Assembly (NCBI GenBank): GCA_030064955.1
Contig: JASJDW010000142.1
Location: 1-10,299, forward strand
Source of the DNA: Crocosphaera sp.
GTDB taxonomy: Bacteria; Cyanobacteriota; Cyanobacteriia; Cyanobacteriales; Microcystaceae
Length of the DNA stretch: 10,299 bases
Direction of reading: 5' to 3'
A program made the position numbers and the translations under genes. Within the stretch, counting starts at the first letter, position 1, and the number at the start of each line of letters is the position of its first letter. Under the pieces are notes generated by a model that had not been told where the DNA came from, made no database searches, and saw only the letters and a program-made list of their open reading frames with translations. Below, one piece after another: positions 6,267 to 10,299 of the stretch.

Positions 6267-9008
6267 ATGACCACTATTCAAGGTTGGTTTGATGATGCTG
6301 ACGTTAATTTAATGGGTATTGTTGGGTTAGGTGGAATCGGAAAATCTGCCTTAGCTGCGTATTTTTATAATAGATTTTCTCCTTCTCCCACACTCCCCAC
6401 ACCTCCCACACTGCCCACCCTCAAATTCTGGGCTGATGTTAGTTTAAATCCCGATTTTGCTGCTTTTGCTGAATCCATTATTAAGGGTTTATCAGGAACT
6501 TTGAATGCGACGGGTGACGTTAATATTTTAATTGCTGATTTATTCAAGATTTTACATCAACATCGTTGTTTATTGGTGGTGGATAATGTTGAAACTTTGC
6601 TAAACGAATCAGGAGAATGGCAAAGCGAAAATTATACTACCTTTTTCCAGCGTTGGAAGCAACAGGGACACACCAGTATTTTGTTATTGACCACAAGAGA
6701 TAAACCTAACCTTTATCGAGGGAATAATTATTGGTATTCTTTGGGAACTTTCACAGTTGATGAAGGTAAAACTTTATTAAAAGCATTACAAATTGAAGGA
6801 AGTGACAAAGACTTAGAACAATTAGTTACTAAAATAAATGGTCATGCGTTGACCTTAAGATTAGTGGCAGCATACCTCAAAGAATATTGTGATAGTCAAC
6901 TAAGTCAAGTGAGAGAATTGGGGTTAGATGAATTTGAGTTAATTTACGAAGAAGCATCAGGACTCCATCGTCATAAAAACGATGCACGATTATCATGGAT
7001 ATTAGAACAACATTTAACCCGTTTAAGTGAACAACAAAGACAATTTTTAGTTAATTTATCCGTCTATCGTCAACCCTTTGATGTAACAGCAGCAACAGGG
7101 ATGTATATCAATGCTAATTTTACAGAAGGAGAGACAGAAGCAACCATAAAACCCATAGAAGTCAAGAAAGAATTACAAAATTTAGCTAATCGTTCCTTAT
7201 TATCTCGTAGCGATGAAAAAGGTTATGAATGTCCCCTATTACTTAAACCCTATTTACAGAAAAAATATCCCGACTTAACCCAGTGTCATCAAATAGCGAT
7301 TAATTATTATTTATCTATTGTTCCCCCGAAACCCTGGACAAACCTCGATCAGATACAAGGATATTTAGAGATTTTCTATCATTGGTATCAATTAGGAGAA
7401 TATGACACTGCATTTGATTATTTGCGTCATGTTGATGAGTTTATGACCCTTCAGGGATATTATCATCTTCAGGTCAAATATTATTCAGATTTAGTGAGGA
7501 TTTATGAGGAAATAGAAGATCAAAATAATTGGAACTATGCTGCTTCTCTCACTTCTTTGGGGAATGCTTACCAATCCCTGGGACAATATCAACAAGCGAT
7601 ACAACACCATCAACAGTCTTTAGCTATCTTTATAGAAATAGAGAATCGCAACGGTGAAGAGTCTTCCTATGGTAATTTGGGGAATGCTTACTTTTCCCTG
7701 GGAAAATATCAAGAAGCGATAGAATACTATCAACAGTCTTTAGCTATCACCACAGAAATCGGAGATCGCAATGGTGAAGCTAATTCCTATATAGGTTTGG
7801 GGAATGCTTACTTTTCCCTGGGACAATATCAACAAGCAATAGAAGACTATAATAAATCTTTAGCTATCTTTCAAAAAATCGGAGATCGCAAGGGTGAAGC
7901 TAATTCCTACAGTAATTTGGGGAGTGCTTACGATTCCCTGGGAAAATATCAAGAAGCGATAGAATACCATCAACAGTCCTTAGCTATCACCACAGAAATA
8001 GGCGATCGCAATGGTGAAGCTACTTCCTATATAGGTTTGGGGATTGCTTACCGTTCCCTGGGAAAATATCAAGAAGCGATAGAATACTATCAACAGTCCT
8101 TAGCTATCCAAACAGAAATCGGCGATCGCAACGGTGAAGCTAATTCCTATGGTAATTTGGGAAATGCTTACTCTTCCCTGGGACAATATCAAGAAGCGAT
8201 AGAATACCATCAACAGTCCTTAGCTATCACCACAGAAATAGGCGATCGCAATGGTGAAGCTAATTCCTATATAGGTTTGGGGAATGCTTACTCTTCCCTG
8301 GGACAATATCAACAAGCGATAGAATACCATCAACAATCTTTAGCTATCCAAACAGAAATCGGCGATCGCAACGGTGAAGCTAATTCCTATATAGGTTTGG
8401 GGAATACTTACTCTTCCCTGGGACAATATCAACAAGCGATAGAATACTATCAACAGTCTTTAGCTATCACCACAGAAATCGGCGCTCACAATGGTGAAGC
8501 TAGTTCCTATAATAATTTTGGGAATGTTTACTATTTGCTGGGACAATATCAACAAGCGATACAATACTATCAACAGTCTTTAGCTATCACCACAGAAATC
8601 GGCGCTCACAATGGTGAAGCTACTTCCTATATGGGTTTGGGGAATGCTTACCGTTCCCTGGGACAATATCAACAAGCAATAGAATACTATCAACAGTCCT
8701 TAGCTATCAAAAGAGAAATCGGCGATCGCTATGGTGAAGCAAATGCTTGGTTTAACTTAGGATTAACATTAAAGAAATTAAACCGTAAATCAGAAGCAAA
8801 AGAATGTTATCAAAAATCTCGTCAATTATATCAAGTAATGGGACTGGATCGAGATGTTCAAGACTGTAACAACCAACTCATCAAACTACAACGAGGATGG
8901 TTAGAAAAGATTTTTTATTTTATCTTAGGAGTGATTAAGTTTCCTGTTGCGTTAGTTGTGTTTGTTTTGCTCAAAGTTTGGGAATGGATTAGAAAAATGA
9001 TTCATTAG
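6267..9008 (+). CDS. STAND NTPase: NB-ARC domain plus about eleven 40-aa TPR repeats plus a C-terminal hydrophobic tail. The annotated ATG is probably not the true N-terminus, because the frame is open from 6126.
   Basis: Motifs seen: Walker A GLGGIGKS (6324-6347), Walker B LLVVDNVE (Asp at 6582), LLLTTRD, GHALTL (GxP-like). The TPR units have consensus GEAxSYxxLGNAYxSLGQYQQAIEYxQQSLAIxxEIGDRN. The tail is IFYFILGVIKFPVALVVFVLLKVW. Confidence 0.9.
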   Translation: MTTIQGWFDDADVNLMGIVGLGGIGKSALAAYFYNRFSPSPTLPTPPTLPTLKFWADVSLNPDFAAFAESIIKGLSGTLNATGDVNILIADLFKILHQHRCLLVVDNVETLLNESGEWQSENYTTFFQRWKQQGHTSILLLTTRDKPNLYRGNNYWYSLGTFTVDEGKTLLKALQIEGSDKDLEQLVTKINGHALTLRLVAAYLKEYCDSQLSQVRELGLDEFELIYEEASGLHRHKNDARLSWILEQHLTRLSEQQRQFLVNLSVYRQPFDVTAATGMYINANFTEGETEATIKPIEVKKELQNLANRSLLSRSDEKGYECPLLLKPYLQKKYPDLTQCHQIAINYYLSIVPPKPWTNLDQIQGYLEIFYHWYQLGEYDTAFDYLRHVDEFMTLQGYYHLQVKYYSDLVRIYEEIEDQNNWNYAASLTSLGNAYQSLGQYQQAIQHHQQSLAIFIEIENRNGEESSYGNLGNAYFSLGKYQEAIEYYQQSLAITTEIGDRNGEANSYIGLGNAYFSLGQYQQAIEDYNKSLAIFQKIGDRKGEANSYSNLGSAYDSLGKYQEAIEYHQQSLAITTEIGDRNGEATSYIGLGIAYRSLGKYQEAIEYYQQSLAIQTEIGDRNGEANSYGNLGNAYSSLGQYQEAIEYHQQSLAITTEIGDRNGEANSYIGLGNAYSSLGQYQQAIEYHQQSLAIQTEIGDRNGEANSYIGLGNTYSSLGQYQQAIEYYQQSLAITTEIGAHNGEASSYNNFGNVYYLLGQYQQAIQYYQQSLAITTEIGAHNGEATSYMGLGNAYRSLGQYQQAIEYYQQSLAIKREIGDRYGEANAWFNLGLTLKKLNRKSEAKECYQKSRQLYQVMGLDRDVQDCNNQLIKLQRGWLEKIFYFILGVIKFPVALVVFVLLKVWEWIRKMIH
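7561..8760 (+). repeat. Ten in-phase 120-bp tandem DNA repeats encoding the TPR units, with no indels and high nucleotide identity
   Basis: Units start at 7561, 7681, 7801, 7921, 8041, 8161, 8281, 8401, 8521 and 8641. For example, 8161-8280 versus 8281-8400 differ at 9 of 120 positions by my count, and 7981-8040 versus 8221-8280 differ at 1 of 60. More degenerate units flank the array on both sides. Confidence 0.95.
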
Positions 9009-9190
9009 GGTTGAGGAATTTCTAAATCTCTACAAATTTTGCGGACTAAAAACTCATTAATTTCTCGATGTCTTGGAATCGCTGACACTTTTTGAACCAT
9101 TCGATTAACATAGATTGTATGATTTCCTCCTTCTCGAAGAAACTCGCATCCATTGACTTCTAAATGCTTAATTAAATCTCGTCTTTTCAT
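9005..9190 (-). CDS. hicA: HicA-family type II toxin (mRNA interferase), 61 aa
   Basis: The sequence MKRRDLIKHLEVNGCEFLREGGNHTIYVN...SAIPRHREI matches the HicA/YcfA pattern, including the conserved GxxH and IPRH segments. Its start codon overlaps the hicB stop. Confidence 0.85.
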   Translation of the reverse strand: MKRRDLIKHLEVNGCEFLREGGNHTIYVNRMVQKVSAIPRHREINEFLVRKICRDLEIPQP

Positions 9191-9405
9191 TACCCTGATA
9201 CAGTTAGGGTTTCTCTAATAACATCCATTCCTTGAATAGATTCTTCTGCTAACATTCGATTAGCTTCTAAGACTAAATCTATTGCTTCTAATAAATTACT
9301 TCTCGCTTCCTCTAGGGTTGTTCCTTGAGTGTTTGCACCTGGTAATTCTTCAACAAAAGCAATATAACCTTCTGGAACCTTTTGAAAAATTGCTGTTAAC
9401 TGCAT
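9190..9405 (-). CDS. hicB: HicB-family antitoxin, short form (UPF0150-like fold only), 71 aa
   Basis: The sequence MQLTAIFQKVPEGYIAFVEELPGANTQGTTLEEARSNLLEAIDLVLEA is the typical HicB N-terminal domain. It is coupled to hicA through a TAATG overlap at 9188-9192. Confidence 0.8.
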   Translation of the reverse strand: MQLTAIFQKVPEGYIAFVEELPGANTQGTTLEEARSNLLEAIDLVLEANRMLAEESIQGMDVIRETLTVSG

Positions 9406-9546
9406 AAATGTCCATTTTTATTGTTCCTAAGTCATTATATCATAAAATTTTTTATCATCTGTTCATCTCGTTTACACCCACTAAATTATTTATTTATATA
9501 AAATATATATTAACCCATGCTGACTACGATAAGGAGAACTGGAAAA

Positions 9547-9948
9547 ATGACCCTTACTTTTAATCGAGACACTTACGGAAGTTTACTGGCTAAATATCAA
9601 CCTAAAATTATTGAAACTGAGGAAGAAAACGAACAAGCGATCGCCCTTTGTGAACAACTTTCTCATGTTGAAAAGCCAAGTTTAGAAGAATCAGCGTTCT
9701 TGGAATTATTAATCACCTTAATTGAAAAGTATGAAGCAGAGAATTATCCCATTTCCCAAGCATTACCCCATGAAATATTGACTCATTTGATGGAAAGTAG
9801 AAACTTAGACATCCAACAACTATTAAACATTTTAGGAACAGATTTAATTAATCAAGAAATATTAACAGGTGAACGAAAAATTACTGATGAACAAGCCAAA
9901 AGACTAAGTATGTTTTTTAATGTTTCTTCCGATCTATTTAGATTATAA
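9547..9948 (+). CDS. HTH (XRE-type, COG5499/HigA-like) antitoxin-type transcriptional regulator; start moved to the internal ATG
   Basis: The N-terminal part has YxxLLxxYxPKxIETEEENEQA...LIEKYE. The C-terminal part has an HTH-like segment (LTHLMESRNLDIQQLLNILG...ILTGERKITDEQAKRLSMFFNVSSDLF). AAGGAG at 9531-9536 precedes ATG 9547; the ORF-track start at 9517 has no SD. Confidence 0.7.
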   Translation: MTLTFNRDTYGSLLAKYQPKIIETEEENEQAIALCEQLSHVEKPSLEESAFLELLITLIEKYEAENYPISQALPHEILTHLMESRNLDIQQLLNILGTDLINQEILTGERKITDEQAKRLSMFFNVSSDLFRL

Positions 9949-9974
9949 CCATAATTTAAACAAAGAGAATAACC

Positions 9975-10175
9975 ATGAAAGTTAAATATGATCCAGAATC
10001 AGATATTTTAATTTTTATCATCAAAGATATTCCCCCCTCTAATGCTATTTCAGAAGCAGGAGAAATTATTATTAGTTATGATGAGACAGGTGAACCTATT
10101 AGCATTGAATTTTTAAATGCTTCTAAAAGACAATTAATTAATCCCCAAGAAACTGCTTTACAAATTCATCAATAA
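9975..10175 (+). CDS. DUF2283-family small protein, 66 aa
   Basis: MKVKYDPESDILIFIIKD...ISYDETGEPISIEFLNASK matches the DUF2283 pattern (YDxExDxL ... DxxGxxxGIExL). Confidence 0.7.
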   Translation: MKVKYDPESDILIFIIKDIPPSNAISEAGEIIISYDETGEPISIEFLNASKRQLINPQETALQIHQ

Positions 10176-10194
10176 ACTTATTTTTTTAATGATC

Positions 10195-10299
10195 ATGATA
10201 AAAATTTATTATGAACCCGAAACAGAACTTTTAACTATATTTTGGCAAACTCCCAGAAAAAATCAAATCTGTACTGAATTAGATAATGGTGTTATTTAA
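10195..10299 (+). CDS. Second DUF2283-like paralogue, only 34 codons before an in-frame TAA at the window edge (truncated copy or very short ORF)
   Basis: My own translation gives MIKIYYEPETELLTIFWQTPRKNQICTELDNGVI*. The segment KIYYEPETELLTIF parallels KVKYDPESDILIFI of the preceding gene. The ORF is below the ORF-track length cut-off. Confidence 0.35.
   Translation: MIKIYYEPETELLTIFWQTPRKNQICTELDNGVI

Noticed and set aside
6365-6547. 60-aa minus-strand ORF inside the NB-ARC domain
   Set aside because: It is antisense to the Walker A to Walker B segment. It is kept open by the Pro/Thr-rich CCCACAC tract read in reverse (GVGSVGGVGSVG).
7618-8710. The 10-mer CTTTAGCTAT that starts each 91-bp repeat (1, 92, 183) also recurs in every TPR unit (for example CAGTCTTTAGCTATC)
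   Set aside because: The similarity does not extend beyond about 10-11 nt on either side. In the TPR array it simply encodes the conserved SLAI. I treat it as coincidence, although a microhomology-mediated link cannot be excluded without a genome-wide search.
9517-9546. ORF-track start codon at 9517 for the HTH protein
   Set aside because: The in-frame ATG at 9547 is preceded by AAGGAG at 9531-9536, and the extra ten residues (MLTTIRRTGK) have no support. The shorter model is preferred, but this is not proven.

Overview
This is an AT-rich cyanobacterial accessory region. The taxon call rests on at least ten copies of the HIP1 octamer GCGATCGC (1315, 2952, 4630, 5860, 8002, 8122, 8242, 8362, 8722, 9637) plus STRR-like heptamer tracts. 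In order, the window holds: (1) a 91-bp tandem repeat that runs into the 3' end of a stand-alone kinesin-light-chain-type TPR gene on the minus strand; (2) a small, more GC-rich four-Cys ORF; (3) a tnpB-only IS200/IS605-family element on the minus strand, wedged between that ORF and the next gene; (4) a 930-aa zinc-ribbon / Hanks Ser-Thr kinase / 14-blade WD40 protein; (5) a 141-aa ORF of unknown function followed by a 913-aa NB-ARC (STAND) NTPase with a 40-aa-period TPR array and a hydrophobic C-terminal tail; (6) a convergent hicB-hicA toxin-antitoxin pair; (7) an HTH antitoxin-like gene with no toxin partner; (8) two DUF2283-like small genes. The most notable observation is at 6129-6135. 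The 141-aa ORF and the NB-ARC ORF are linked by a textbook -1 slippery heptamer, A_AAA_AAG, two codons before the upstream stop. The NB-ARC frame is open from 6126 but has no canonical start codon before an ATG that sits inside the conserved pre-P-loop segment. This implies either a roughly 1097-aa tripartite STAND protein made by recoding, or a 1-nt homopolymer lesion or sequencing error. The TPR sensor region is a perfectly phased 10 x 120-bp near-identical DNA array whose amino-acid variation is confined to a few helix-A positions. Together with the upstream kinase-WD40 gene and the flanking IS and TA genes, this looks like a diversifying STAND-type conflict or signalling locus. All functional assignments come from motif recognition by eye; no database search was possible.
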